A stretch of 64,000 nt of DNA, taken from NCBI GenBank assembly GCA_050014575.1, contig JBEKDB010000013.1, forward strand, positions 32 through 64,031, in the 5' to 3' direction. The position numbers and the translations under genes are program-made. This stretch comes from Terracidiphilus sp. GTDB lineage: Bacteria; Acidobacteriota; Terriglobia; Terriglobales; Acidobacteriaceae. Shown here piece after piece: positions 10,182-20,040 of this stretch (its first letter is position 1; each line of letters starts with the position of its first letter). The notes under the pieces were generated by a model that saw only the letters and a list, made by a program, of their open reading frames with translations, had not been told where the DNA came from and did not search any database.

Positions 10182-11544
10182 GGATTTGCTTACGCCGATT
10201 GCAGGAGAGAATCCATCGGGCGCGGACCTTTACTATGAGAAGGTCTTCGATCAGATCAAGGAAGCGCGCAGGGAAGACGACGAGAGTCTGCCCGAAGGGG
10301 ACATGGTCCTGTCCCAGAAGAAGAAGGCGGACCATCGCCAGGTTGTGAAGCTGGCGGGCGACACGCTGGCCGCCAGGAGCAAGGATCTGCGCCTGGCCGG
10401 CTGGCTCTTGGAATCGCAGCTCAGGATGGAAGGCTACAAGATTCTTGCGCCCGGCATCGAGCTGCTTCTGGCGCTTCAGCAGACCTTCTGGCCCACGCTC
10501 TATCCGATGATCGAGGAAGGCGGAGACCTTGAACTGCGCTCGCTCGCGGTAGAGGCGGCCGCACGGCAGATCATGCTCGCCGTGCGCAAGGCGCCGCTGA
10601 CCAAGAGCGGTCTCAGCTTTGAAGGCTATCTGGAATCCCGCGCCGTCGGCTATGAGAAGGACGCAACGACCAGCGCCAAGCAGGAAACGCGCAGCGATGC
10701 GATCAATCATGGCAAGCTGACCGCCGAAGACTTCGACCATGCGGTGGCGATCAGCCCCAAGAGCCTTTACGCGGAGGCGGACGCCGCGCTTCAGGAAGCA
10801 CTGGCGGCGACCGAGCGCCTCGACCAATTCCAGCGGGAGGCGTACGGCGACCTCTCCCCTAATCTCATCAAGCTGCAGGAAGGGCTCGAAGAAGTTCATC
10901 TGATCGTGGAGTCGCTGCTGAACGAGAAGCGCAAGACCGATCCCGATCCGGTGGCAAAGGTAGACAAGCCTGCGCCGCAGGCAGGCGGCGAAGCTGCTAC
11001 CGAGGGGCAGGCGGAGTTGACGGGGGATGGAGAGCCGTCCGGGGATTCCGTTCGGTCGAGAATTGCCGCGGCGGGGCAATTGGGCGGCGCGGCCGATGCC
11101 TACGCGCTCATTGTCGAGTGTGCGCAGTTTCTCTTCGATCGAGATCCCAAATCTCCCGTGCCCTATCTTGTCTGCGCCGGTTTGCGGCTGGGCGAAACAA
11201 TGATGCAGGGCACGTCGCCGGCGCCGGGCTTTGCGGTGGGGCCGACTCCAGCGGTAAGGCATTCCATGCGGACGCTGGCCGCGCAGGGAGCGTGGCTCGA
11301 GCTGCTGCGGGCATCGCTGCCCGTTCTGGCCGGCGAAGGCTCCAGGGCGTGGCTGGATCTGCATCGCTACATCTGGCGAGCAGGCCAGGAGACCGGAGCG
11401 GAAGCGATCTCAGCGGCGGTGGTGGGCACTGTGAAGGGCCTTCTGGCGACGCGGCCGGAGTTGCGGCAGTGGACGCTAGAAGACGACACCGGCGCCGCCA
11501 ACCCCGAGACACAGCAATGGCTGGACGCAACCGTGCTGCAATGA
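10168..11544 (+). CDS. tssA: T6SS protein TssA (ImpA N-terminal domain)
   Basis: LLTPIAGENPSGADLYY...IKEARRED...SKDLRLAGWL (ImpA_N); C-terminal PKSPVPYL and WLDLHRY. Confidence 0.92.
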   Translation: MPLREDLLTPIAGENPSGADLYYEKVFDQIKEARREDDESLPEGDMVLSQKKKADHRQVVKLAGDTLAARSKDLRLAGWLLESQLRMEGYKILAPGIELLLALQQTFWPTLYPMIEEGGDLELRSLAVEAAARQIMLAVRKAPLTKSGLSFEGYLESRAVGYEKDATTSAKQETRSDAINHGKLTAEDFDHAVAISPKSLYAEADAALQEALAATERLDQFQREAYGDLSPNLIKLQEGLEEVHLIVESLLNEKRKTDPDPVAKVDKPAPQAGGEAATEGQAELTGDGEPSGDSVRSRIAAAGQLGGAADAYALIVECAQFLFDRDPKSPVPYLVCAGLRLGETMMQGTSPAPGFAVGPTPAVRHSMRTLAAQGAWLELLRASLPVLAGEGSRAWLDLHRYIWRAGQETGAEAISAAVVGTVKGLLATRPELRQWTLEDDTGAANPETQQWLDATVLQ

Positions 11545-11579
11545 CCCGGGAATCCTAGCAGCGATTGCGGGAGGACAAG

Positions 11580-12044
11580 TTGGCCAGAACCAAGTCTGAA
11601 GTTCCGATCACGCAGTCGCTGATCGATCGGCTGGTCGATCGGGAGCCTTGGCCGGAGACCCGTTCCGCATCGATCGTCATGTATCGCGAGTCGCTCAAGC
11701 GGGATGTGGAATGGCTGTTGAATACCAGGCAGCCCGTGATTCCGGAGTTGGAATCCTATCCTGCCACAGCCGCATCGGTGTTGAATTACGGATTGCCCGA
11801 CCTGCACAGTTTCGATGGCTCCGCGGGCAGGGAGCACAATGCCCTCGCTCTGGCTTTGGAAAAGTGCATTCGGACGTTTGAGCCCAGGATCACTCAGCCT
11901 CGCGTGTTCTTAACGCGCACGGATCTGCTCAGTCGGAGCCTCAAGTTTCATATCGAGGGGCAGATCGTCTACGAGAACATGGATGAAGAAATCAAGTTCG
12001 ACACCGTGCTGGAGCTGATCAGCGGCGAGTACGAGGTGAAGTAA
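11580..12044 (+). CDS. tssE: T6SS baseplate subunit TssE (gp25-like)
   Basis: SLIDRLVD...LKRDVEWLLNTR...SVLNYGLPDL...IRTFEPRI; TTG start after GGAGG (alternative 11565). Confidence 0.92.
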   Translation: MARTKSEVPITQSLIDRLVDREPWPETRSASIVMYRESLKRDVEWLLNTRQPVIPELESYPATAASVLNYGLPDLHSFDGSAGREHNALALALEKCIRTFEPRITQPRVFLTRTDLLSRSLKFHIEGQIVYENMDEEIKFDTVLELISGEYEVK

Positions 12045-12047
12045 GAG

Positions 12048-13895
12048 ATGCGCGAGGAGCTGCTGGAATACTATGAGCGCGAACTGACCTATCTACGCCA
12101 GATGGGCGGCGATTTTGCGCGCAAGTATCCCAAGGTCGCCGGGCGGCTGTTGCTCGATCCGGACCGCTGCGACGATCCGCACGTGAATCGCCTGCTTGAG
12201 GGATTCGCGCTGCTCGCCGCGCGCGTGCATCGCCGCCTCGACGACGACTTTCCGGAGATCAGCGAATCCCTGGTCAGGATCATCCATCCGGGCTATCTCC
12301 GTCCCATTCCTTCGATGACTATTGTGGAGTGCCAGGCGGACCCGGCCCAGGGAAAGAAGACAGCGGGCTTGCGCATTCCAAGAGGTACGCCGCTGGTTAC
12401 CAAGGCCACCGTCGAGGGGCTGCCGTGCCGCTTTCGCACCGCCTACGACGTGGAGATCTGGCCCTTTACGGTGGCGGCCGCGGAGTGGCGCCAGCCGGAG
12501 CGGATGCAGCGCCCGCCGCGCGCCTCCACGGGAGCTCAAGCGGTGGCCGCGGTTCGACTGCGGCTTCGTTGCCATCAGGATGTGATCTTTTCCGGCCTTC
12601 CTCTTTCGCACCTGCGTTTTCATCTGGCCGGGGATGCGAGCGTGGTGTATTCGCTGTATGAATTGCTCGGCGAGAATTGCATCGAGATTCAGCTTCGCGA
12701 TCCCAAGGATGAGAAAAAGCTGATCGTACTGGAGCGCGACCGGCTGCGCATGGTGGGGTTCGACGCCGACGAAAGCCTGTTGCCCTTTGAACGCCGCTCC
12801 ATGGACGCGCATCGCCTTCTCCAGGAGTACTTTGCGATGCCGGAGAAGTTTCTGTTCTTCGATCTCGAAGGACTGGAGCCGTTGGCGCAGGGCGGTTTTG
12901 GCGAAGAGGCGGAGATCGTATTCCTGTTTTCGAGCTTCGAACGCGCCGAGCGCCAGCAGGTTCTGGAGCTTGGCGTCAACGAGCGGACCTTCCGGCTCAG
13001 CTGCACGCCGGCCATCAATCTCTTCCCCCAGGGCGCGGAGCCGATCCTGCTCAATCAGACGCGCCACGAGTACACCGTGATCCCGGACAATCGCCACGCC
13101 GATGTGATGGAGATATTCAGCATTGAAGAGGTGACAGCTACCAATCCGAAACTGCGGCAATCGGTTGTGCTGGAGCCTATCCATGCCTACCGCCATGAGA
13201 CCCGCAACCGCGAGGGCCTTGCCTTCTGGGCAGCCACCCGGCGCCTGAATGAGCTTGGCGAGCGGGAGCCATCCACGGTAACCATCTCGGTGGTCGATGT
13301 GACCGGCGATTTCACCGACCCCGAGGCGGACGTGCTGATGGTGCGGACTCTTTGCACCAACTTCGATCTGCCTTCGCGCTTCCGCTTTGGCGCCGAAACC
13401 GGCGACTTTGAAGCCGTCGGGTACGCGGCGGCCAAGACGGTGACGGGCTTGCGGCGCCCCACGGCGAGCGTCAATCCCCCCGGCGGGCAGGGACACTTGT
13501 GGCGGCTGATCTCGCTGCTCTCGCTGAACTATCTCTCTCTCAACGAAGAGGGCCGCACCGCCATGCAGGAGATTCTGCGGCTGCATAACCTGAACGACTC
13601 GACGGCCAGCGACAACCAGGTGGGATCGATCCTGAAGATGAACTCTTCGCCGAGCTTTGCCCTGGTCGACTCGGCCTACGGACTTATTCCGGCGCGCGGA
13701 ACCCAGGTGGAGATGGAGTTTGACGAGCAGCAGTTTGCCGGCAGCGGACTGTATCTCTTTGCCGCCGTCCTCGATCGATTTCTTGCCGGTTACGCGGCGA
13801 TGAACAGCTTTTCGCAACTCACCGCGCGGAGTACTCTACGAAAGGAGGCGCTGGGGAAATGGCCGCCGAGAGCCGGGACACAAGCCCTGCTGTAA
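12048..13895 (+). CDS. tssF: T6SS baseplate subunit TssF
   Basis: LLEYYERELTYLRQMGGDFARKYPKVAGRL...DPHVNRLLEGFALL...LQEYFAMPEKFLF...YAAMNSFSQL. Confidence 0.96.
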   Translation: MREELLEYYERELTYLRQMGGDFARKYPKVAGRLLLDPDRCDDPHVNRLLEGFALLAARVHRRLDDDFPEISESLVRIIHPGYLRPIPSMTIVECQADPAQGKKTAGLRIPRGTPLVTKATVEGLPCRFRTAYDVEIWPFTVAAAEWRQPERMQRPPRASTGAQAVAAVRLRLRCHQDVIFSGLPLSHLRFHLAGDASVVYSLYELLGENCIEIQLRDPKDEKKLIVLERDRLRMVGFDADESLLPFERRSMDAHRLLQEYFAMPEKFLFFDLEGLEPLAQGGFGEEAEIVFLFSSFERAERQQVLELGVNERTFRLSCTPAINLFPQGAEPILLNQTRHEYTVIPDNRHADVMEIFSIEEVTATNPKLRQSVVLEPIHAYRHETRNREGLAFWAATRRLNELGEREPSTVTISVVDVTGDFTDPEADVLMVRTLCTNFDLPSRFRFGAETGDFEAVGYAAAKTVTGLRRPTASVNPPGGQGHLWRLISLLSLNYLSLNEEGRTAMQEILRLHNLNDSTASDNQVGSILKMNSSPSFALVDSAYGLIPARGTQVEMEFDEQQFAGSGLYLFAAVLDRFLAGYAAMNSFSQLTARSTLRKEALGKWPPRAGTQALL

Positions 13896-14929
13896 CTGTG
13901 CAGACAACGACAAGCGACGAAAGACCCGAGTTAGCCAACCTTCGTAAGTTATTGGACGAGGAGCCGTTTCGGGTGCAGTTCTTTCAGGCTGTGCGCCTGC
14001 TCCAGAAGATGGAGCGCGAACTCAAGCCGGTGGGGTATTTCATCACGCCCCAGGGAGAGACGATCCGCTTCGCGGCGCGGACTTCGTTCGCGTTTCCTCC
14101 CAGCGAGATTCATGAGTTGCGGCGCGCCGAGAGCGGCCAGATGAACATGACTGTCGAGTTCATGGGACTTTGTGCCGCGATCTCCGTCATGCCCGCGCCC
14201 TACACGGAGTTTCTGCTGGCGCAAACCAGGCGGAAAGACTTTGCGATGGAGGACTTTCTCAATATCTTCAACCATCGCATGATTTCATTCTTTTACCGGG
14301 GCTGGGAGAAGTATCGCTTCTTTATCGAGTACGAGCGGACGCGAGAGGATCGCCTCTCCGCCCGCCTGCTCGATCTGCTGGGCCTGGGCACGGAGGGCCT
14401 GCGCAATCGAGGCGGAATCCCAGACGATGCGTACCTGAATTACGTGGCGCTTTTAGCGCGTCATGTGCGCTCGGCCGCCTCGCTGGAGCAGATCCTGGAA
14501 GACTACTTCGGGGTGGATGCGCATATCCAGCAGTTTGCCGGCGCGTGGCGCAAGCTGGACCCCGCGAATCAGACCTGCTTCTCAGGATTGGGCGGCCCGA
14601 ACGAGCGCCTGGGCGTTGGGGTTGTGGCCGGGGACGAGGTGTGGGATCATCATGGGCGCATCCGCATTGCGCTCGGCCCCATGCGCTTCGAGCAGTATCT
14701 GAGGTTCCTGCCCGGCCAGGAAGCCTATCGGGAGTTAGTCGCGTGGCTGAAGTTTTACTCCAATGGGAGTTATGAAACGGAAGTGCAGCTGGTGCTGGCA
14801 CGCGAAGATGCGCCGGCCTGCGAGTTAGGCTCGGGCGGAGCGACGCGTCCGCAACTGGGGTTGGTAAGTTGGTTGAAAACCAGGCCGCTGGGGCGCGATC
14901 CCGCCGATGCGACTTATCTGGTGCAGTGA
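13859..14929 (+). CDS. tssG: T6SS baseplate subunit TssG
   Basis: FFQAVRLL, SFAFPPSEI, DFLNIFNHRMISFFYRGWEKYR, LEQILEDYFG. Confidence 0.95.
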   Translation: MAAESRDTSPAVTVQTTTSDERPELANLRKLLDEEPFRVQFFQAVRLLQKMERELKPVGYFITPQGETIRFAARTSFAFPPSEIHELRRAESGQMNMTVEFMGLCAAISVMPAPYTEFLLAQTRRKDFAMEDFLNIFNHRMISFFYRGWEKYRFFIEYERTREDRLSARLLDLLGLGTEGLRNRGGIPDDAYLNYVALLARHVRSAASLEQILEDYFGVDAHIQQFAGAWRKLDPANQTCFSGLGGPNERLGVGVVAGDEVWDHHGRIRIALGPMRFEQYLRFLPGQEAYRELVAWLKFYSNGSYETEVQLVLAREDAPACELGSGGATRPQLGLVSWLKTRPLGRDPADATYLVQ

Positions 14930-14960
14930 AAGATTCCGGATACCGAGGAAAGGAAGGGCA

Positions 14961-17657
14961 ATGAGCACAAACCTGAAAGCACTCATCGACAAGTTGAACG
15001 ATACGACGCGGCGCGCGCTGGAAGCGTCGGCCGGCCTGTGCGTTGCGCGCACGCACTATGACATTGAGATCGAACACTATCTAATGAAGACGCTCGATGG
15101 CAGCGACAACGACATCGCCGCGATCCTCAAGCACTTCGGGGTTGATCGCTCGCGCTTGACCAAGGAACTGGAGCGCAGCCTGGATTCGCTGAAGAGCGGC
15201 AATGCGCGTTCGCCGGCATTCAGCCCGACCATCGTCAAGATGTTATCGGAAGCGTGGACGGTGGCCAGTCTCGATTTCAAGGCGGGGAATATCCGCACCG
15301 GCTTCACGCTGCTGGCGCTGCTGGGCCACGACGAGCTGTCGCGGATCGTGAAGGATATCAGCAAGGAGCTGCAAGTTATCAACGCGGAGGGTTTGCGCAG
15401 CTCCTTCTACGACATTGTGGCTAAGTCGAGCGAGACGCAGACCAGCCTGGCCGAGGCGGCTGAAGCAAAAGAGGCGCGTGGCGGCGCGGGTGAAGCTGCT
15501 CCCGGAGCTTCGAGGGGCAAGACTCCGCACCTTGATCAATACACGGTGAATCTGACCGCGAATGCCAAGGCCGGAAAAATCGACCCTGTGCTGGGCCGCG
15601 ACCAGGAAGTTCGCCAGATGATCGACATTCTCATGCGGCGGCGCCAGAACAATCCTATTCTGACCGGTGAGGCGGGCGTGGGCAAGACGGCCGTGGTGGA
15701 GGGCTTTGCCAATCGCGTGGTCAGCGGCGACGTGCCGCCGGCATTGCAGGGAGTTCATATTCACAGCCTCGATCTGGCCCTTTTGCAGGCGGGCGCGGGA
15801 GTCAAGGGAGAGTTTGAAAACCGGTTGAAGGGACTTATCAACGAAGTAAAGTCTTCGACCGAAAAGATCATTCTCTTCATCGATGAAGCGCACACCATGA
15901 TCGGCGCGGGCGGACAGGCGGGACAGGGAGACGCGGCCAATCTGCTGAAGCCGGCGCTGGCACGCGGGGAACTGCGCACCATTGCCGCGACCACCTGGTC
16001 GGAGTACAAGAAGTACTTCGAGAAGGACCCGGCTCTGGCCAGAAGGTTCCAGGTTGTCAAGGTTGAAGAGCCTACGGAGGATGTTGCCTGCACCATGATG
16101 CGGGGCATCAAGGCGTCGCTTGAGAAACACCATAATCTGCGCATATTGGATGAGGCGGTTACAGCGACGGTTAGATTGTCGCATCGCTATATCGCCGGCC
16201 GGCAACTGCCCGATAAGGCGGTTAGCGTGCTGGATACGGCCTGCGCGCGGCTCTCGCTGGGGCAGAACTCCACTCCTCCGCGCCTGGAGGATATTCTGCG
16301 CCGGATCGACGCGCTCGAAGTGCAGCAGCGCATACTCGAACGCGAGACGAAGATAGGCGCCGACCACGCGGAGAAACTCGGGGAGATAGAGACCCAGCTA
16401 GCCGCGGCCAAACAGGAACGCGATATACTCAATGAGCAATGGGAGAAGGAGAAGACTCTGACAGAAAAGATTCGCGCCCTGCAAGAGGGCTTGGAATCTC
16501 CCGAGAAGAAGGACGCCGAGGCGTCGGCGAAGGAGGGCGAAGTACGGGCCGAGTTAGCCCAGCTTGAAGCCGAGCTTGCCGCGCTGCAAGGCGAGCGGGG
16601 AATGATGCGGGTCTCGGTGGATGCGCAGATCGTCGGCGAAGTGATCTCCGCCTGGACCGGAATTCCGCTGGGCAAGATGGTGCGCAACGAGATCGATACT
16701 GTGCTCACTCTCGATGAGCATTTGAAGAAGCGGGTAATCGGACAGGATCATGCGCTCTTCGCCATCGCGCAAAGGATTCTTACCTCGCGAGCCAGCCTCG
16801 ACGATCCGGTGAAGCCGGTGGGAGTCTTCCTTCTTGTTGGTCCAAGCGGAGTCGGCAAGACGGAGACGGCCATCGCGCTTGCCGACGTGTTGTACGGCGG
16901 CGAACGCAATATGATCACCATCAATATGTCGGAGTTTCAGGAAGCCCATACGGTTTCGACCTTGAAGGGATCGCCTCCGGGATATGTGGGCTACGGCGAG
17001 GGTGGCGTGCTGACCGAAGCGGTGCGGCGCAGGCCCTATTCCGTTGTGCTGCTGGACGAGGTCGAGAAAGCGCATCCCGATGTGCTGGAGTTATTCTTCC
17101 AGGTCTTCGACAAAGGCAGGATGGAAGACGGCGAGGGCCGCGAGATCGACTTCAGGAACACCATCATCCTGCTCACCAGCAACGCGGCGACGGAAACGGT
17201 GATGAAGCTGACGGCCGATCCTGAGACCATGCCCGACAGTCAGGGCATGTTACAGGCTCTCAAGCCGGAACTGAATAAGATATTCAAGCCGGCGTTTCTC
17301 GGCAGGCTGCTGATCGTGCCTTACTTCCCGGTGCGCGATGAAGCTCTCAAGCAGATCATACGGCTGAAGCTGGGCAAGATTCAGAAGCGGCTTGCGGAGT
17401 CGCACAAGATCGCTCTCGTGTACGACGACGTGCTGGTGAACGAAGTGGCCGGACGATGCACAGAAGTCGAGAGCGGAGCCCGGAACGTCGATAACATTCT
17501 CTCCAATACGATGCTGCCCGATCTGTCGCGGCAGATTCTCTCGCGGATCGCCGAGGGGGCTGTGGGGGAGAGAGTAACTGTTTCAGTCAAGGATGGCGAG
17601 CTGACTTACGCATGGGATGCCGCTCCTCAAGAGGAGAGCGTCGCGGCGGAGGTCTGA
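14961..17657 (+). CDS. tssH: T6SS AAA+ ATPase ClpV (TssH)
   Basis: Two Walker A motifs (GEAGVGKT, GPSGVGKT), RRRQNNPIL, HYDIEIEHYL N-domain. Confidence 0.96.
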   Translation: MSTNLKALIDKLNDTTRRALEASAGLCVARTHYDIEIEHYLMKTLDGSDNDIAAILKHFGVDRSRLTKELERSLDSLKSGNARSPAFSPTIVKMLSEAWTVASLDFKAGNIRTGFTLLALLGHDELSRIVKDISKELQVINAEGLRSSFYDIVAKSSETQTSLAEAAEAKEARGGAGEAAPGASRGKTPHLDQYTVNLTANAKAGKIDPVLGRDQEVRQMIDILMRRRQNNPILTGEAGVGKTAVVEGFANRVVSGDVPPALQGVHIHSLDLALLQAGAGVKGEFENRLKGLINEVKSSTEKIILFIDEAHTMIGAGGQAGQGDAANLLKPALARGELRTIAATTWSEYKKYFEKDPALARRFQVVKVEEPTEDVACTMMRGIKASLEKHHNLRILDEAVTATVRLSHRYIAGRQLPDKAVSVLDTACARLSLGQNSTPPRLEDILRRIDALEVQQRILERETKIGADHAEKLGEIETQLAAAKQERDILNEQWEKEKTLTEKIRALQEGLESPEKKDAEASAKEGEVRAELAQLEAELAALQGERGMMRVSVDAQIVGEVISAWTGIPLGKMVRNEIDTVLTLDEHLKKRVIGQDHALFAIAQRILTSRASLDDPVKPVGVFLLVGPSGVGKTETAIALADVLYGGERNMITINMSEFQEAHTVSTLKGSPPGYVGYGEGGVLTEAVRRRPYSVVLLDEVEKAHPDVLELFFQVFDKGRMEDGEGREIDFRNTIILLTSNAATETVMKLTADPETMPDSQGMLQALKPELNKIFKPAFLGRLLIVPYFPVRDEALKQIIRLKLGKIQKRLAESHKIALVYDDVLVNEVAGRCTEVESGARNVDNILSNTMLPDLSRQILSRIAEGAVGERVTVSVKDGELTYAWDAAPQEESVAAEV

Positions 17658-17703
17658 CGATCGTCTTTCTCGACAATTGCGGCAAGGGACAGGCAGGTTT
17701 GGC

Positions 17704-19764
17704 ATGGCAGCTTCAAAGCAAACAGACCGGTTAATGCAGTTCTCAAGCCCGCTGGGCAAGGACGTACTGCTGATTGAGTCGCTCGAAGGCGCGGAAGGAA
17801 TTTCGCGCCTCTTCGAGTATCATGCCGAGTTGCTCGCGGCCGCGGGCACGACTATCGATCTCAAGTCGGTCGTCGGTTCCAAGGCCGCTGTTGCAATCGC
17901 CCTCAGCGATGTCCAGGGATCGCGCTGGATCAACGGCATAGTTGCGTCGTTCGAGCAGTGCGCGGGAGACGAGGAATTCGATGTCTACCGGGCGCGGATC
18001 GTCCCCTCAATGTGGCAGATGACCTTGAGCGCCAACTGCCGCGTTTTCCAGAGCAAGACGGTGCTGGAGATTGTCAAGGCGGTCATTGGCGAGTATGGCT
18101 TGTCCCTGTCGGACCAAACGAACGGATCCTATAAACCACTTGAATACTGCACCCAGTACTCCGAGTCGGATTTCCATTTTGTCTCGCGGCTGCTGGAAGA
18201 GAGCGGTATCTTCTATTGGTTCGAGCATACCGATCAGGATAACAAGATCGTATTGGGAGACGGCAGAAGCGCATATCAGGACTGCCCGCTGTCGGCTTCG
18301 GTCCCATATGCCTTGAATGAGAAGGGACGCGAGGGAGCATACGGGGTGCGAGTTACGGAATTCACCGCGGCCTCGACGATGGTTTCAGGCAAACACTCGA
18401 CCGCCGATTATAACTTTCGCGACTTTACCCGCGTCGATGCGCCGGAGAAGGACAGCACAAGTCAGTTCGGCAAGAATGCTTTTGAGCAGTATTTATATCC
18501 CGCCGGTGAGGAAGGCTATCTGAAAACCTCAGACACGCAATCGATCAAAGCTCTTGAGACCGTATTCCTCGATGCGCAGGCGCTGACTACCGATGCGACG
18601 GCGGAGGTCTACCGTGGCAGCGGGAATGCTCGTTCTTTGTGCGCGGGTTACACGTTCACATTGAGCAAGAATCCCCGCGCGGCGTTCAACCGAAAATACC
18701 TGCTGACCGCAGTCACCCACCATGCCAACCAGGTTCCGTCCTATCGATCGGGCGACACGTGGCAAGGATCCGGGTACAGCAATCGATTCACGGCGGTTTC
18801 CTCGGATATCGTTTTCAAACCCGCGCAGACCTTCGTAAAGCCCAGAATCTACGGCCCGCAGACGGCCTTTGTCGTGGTGCCCGCAGGCGAGGATATGTAC
18901 ATCGACAAGTACGGGCGGGTCTGCATCCAGTTCTTCTGGGATAAGTTGAGAAAGCCGAACACGGTGGATAACACCTGGGTGCGCGTGGCGCAGCATTGGG
19001 CCGGGAGTGGGTGGGGAACGTATTTCTGGCCGCGCGTGAAGGACGAGGTGGTGGTTCAGTTTCTCAATGGGGATCCCGATAACCCGGTGATTACCGGATC
19101 GGTTTACAACGGCGTGAATGTGCCCAAGTATGCGCTGCCCGACAACAGCACTCGTTCAGGGATCGTTACGCGGAGCAGCAAGGGCGGTTCGGCGCAGAAT
19201 GCAAACGAGTTGCGCTTTGAAGACAAGATGGGAAGCGAGCAGGTTTACCTTCATGCCGAGAAGGACATCGATGTTTCGATCGAGCACGACCGGCGCGTCT
19301 CGGTGGGAAACAACGACTCGCTCATTGTCACGGGCAACCAGACCGAGCAAGTTACCGGCAACTACAATCGCGAGGTGAAAGGGAACGCGATCGATAAGAT
19401 CGACGGCAAATTGGACCTCAATATAGGGTCCGACCTGACTGAAGCGGTGGGGGGAAGTCATTCCCTGAATGTGAGTTCCAGCCAGAGCGTACAAACAGGC
19501 ACGGCTTATTCCATGAATGCCGGCACTACGGTCTATATTAACGCGGGCACGAGCCTGGTGATTCAAGCTGGGATAGAACTCAGCCTGATCGCGGGCGGGA
19601 ACTTTATCAACATCGGACCCGCCGGCGTGGCGATCTCGGGAACGATGGTGCTGATCAATAGCGGCGGCGCGGCGGGTTCGGGCAGCGCCGGAACGATCAA
19701 TAATCCCGCATCGCCGGCTGCTCCCGATGTGGCGGACGACGGCAGCAAGGGCGGGAAGATGTAA
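17704..19764 (+). CDS. vgrG: T6SS spike protein VgrG (TssI), no C-terminal effector extension
   Basis: YCTQYSESDFHFVSRLLEESGIFYWF, DKYGRVCIQFFWD, WVRVAQHWAG, PRVKDEVVVQFLNGDPDNP, NELRFEDKMGSEQVYLHAEKD, gp5-like repeats. Confidence 0.96.
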   Translation: MAASKQTDRLMQFSSPLGKDVLLIESLEGAEGISRLFEYHAELLAAAGTTIDLKSVVGSKAAVAIALSDVQGSRWINGIVASFEQCAGDEEFDVYRARIVPSMWQMTLSANCRVFQSKTVLEIVKAVIGEYGLSLSDQTNGSYKPLEYCTQYSESDFHFVSRLLEESGIFYWFEHTDQDNKIVLGDGRSAYQDCPLSASVPYALNEKGREGAYGVRVTEFTAASTMVSGKHSTADYNFRDFTRVDAPEKDSTSQFGKNAFEQYLYPAGEEGYLKTSDTQSIKALETVFLDAQALTTDATAEVYRGSGNARSLCAGYTFTLSKNPRAAFNRKYLLTAVTHHANQVPSYRSGDTWQGSGYSNRFTAVSSDIVFKPAQTFVKPRIYGPQTAFVVVPAGEDMYIDKYGRVCIQFFWDKLRKPNTVDNTWVRVAQHWAGSGWGTYFWPRVKDEVVVQFLNGDPDNPVITGSVYNGVNVPKYALPDNSTRSGIVTRSSKGGSAQNANELRFEDKMGSEQVYLHAEKDIDVSIEHDRRVSVGNNDSLIVTGNQTEQVTGNYNREVKGNAIDKIDGKLDLNIGSDLTEAVGGSHSLNVSSSQSVQTGTAYSMNAGTTVYINAGTSLVIQAGIELSLIAGGNFINIGPAGVAISGTMVLINSGGAAGSGSAGTINNPASPAAPDVADDGSKGGKM

Positions 19765-20040
19765 GGCGAAGCGTTCAAGCCCCTAGCGGAGAGTATGGGT
19801 ATGAGTCGGGAGTTCGGGATGATTCGGTCGGCGCACAATCGCTGACAATCCGGTTCGCACTTCGCTATGGCCTTTGAACCAAGAACGAATTGGAACCACA
19901 TTTCCATCTTCAACGGCAGGGTTCTTGCCGTTGGAACGTAGGTGAAAAGAATTGCGAGCCGGCCAATCGGGGGGCATGATCGCGTGGCCGGACAAGCAAA
20001 ATGGAAATCCCCGATGATCCGCGTCGAAGGAGCAGCGACC

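Noticed and set aside
12093-13817. Long antisense ORFs (this one, 2423-4087, 5049-6254, 7465-8826, 26597-28138, 58189-59751 and similar)
   Set aside because: Mirror frames of confidently identified genes; no motifs or RBS support.
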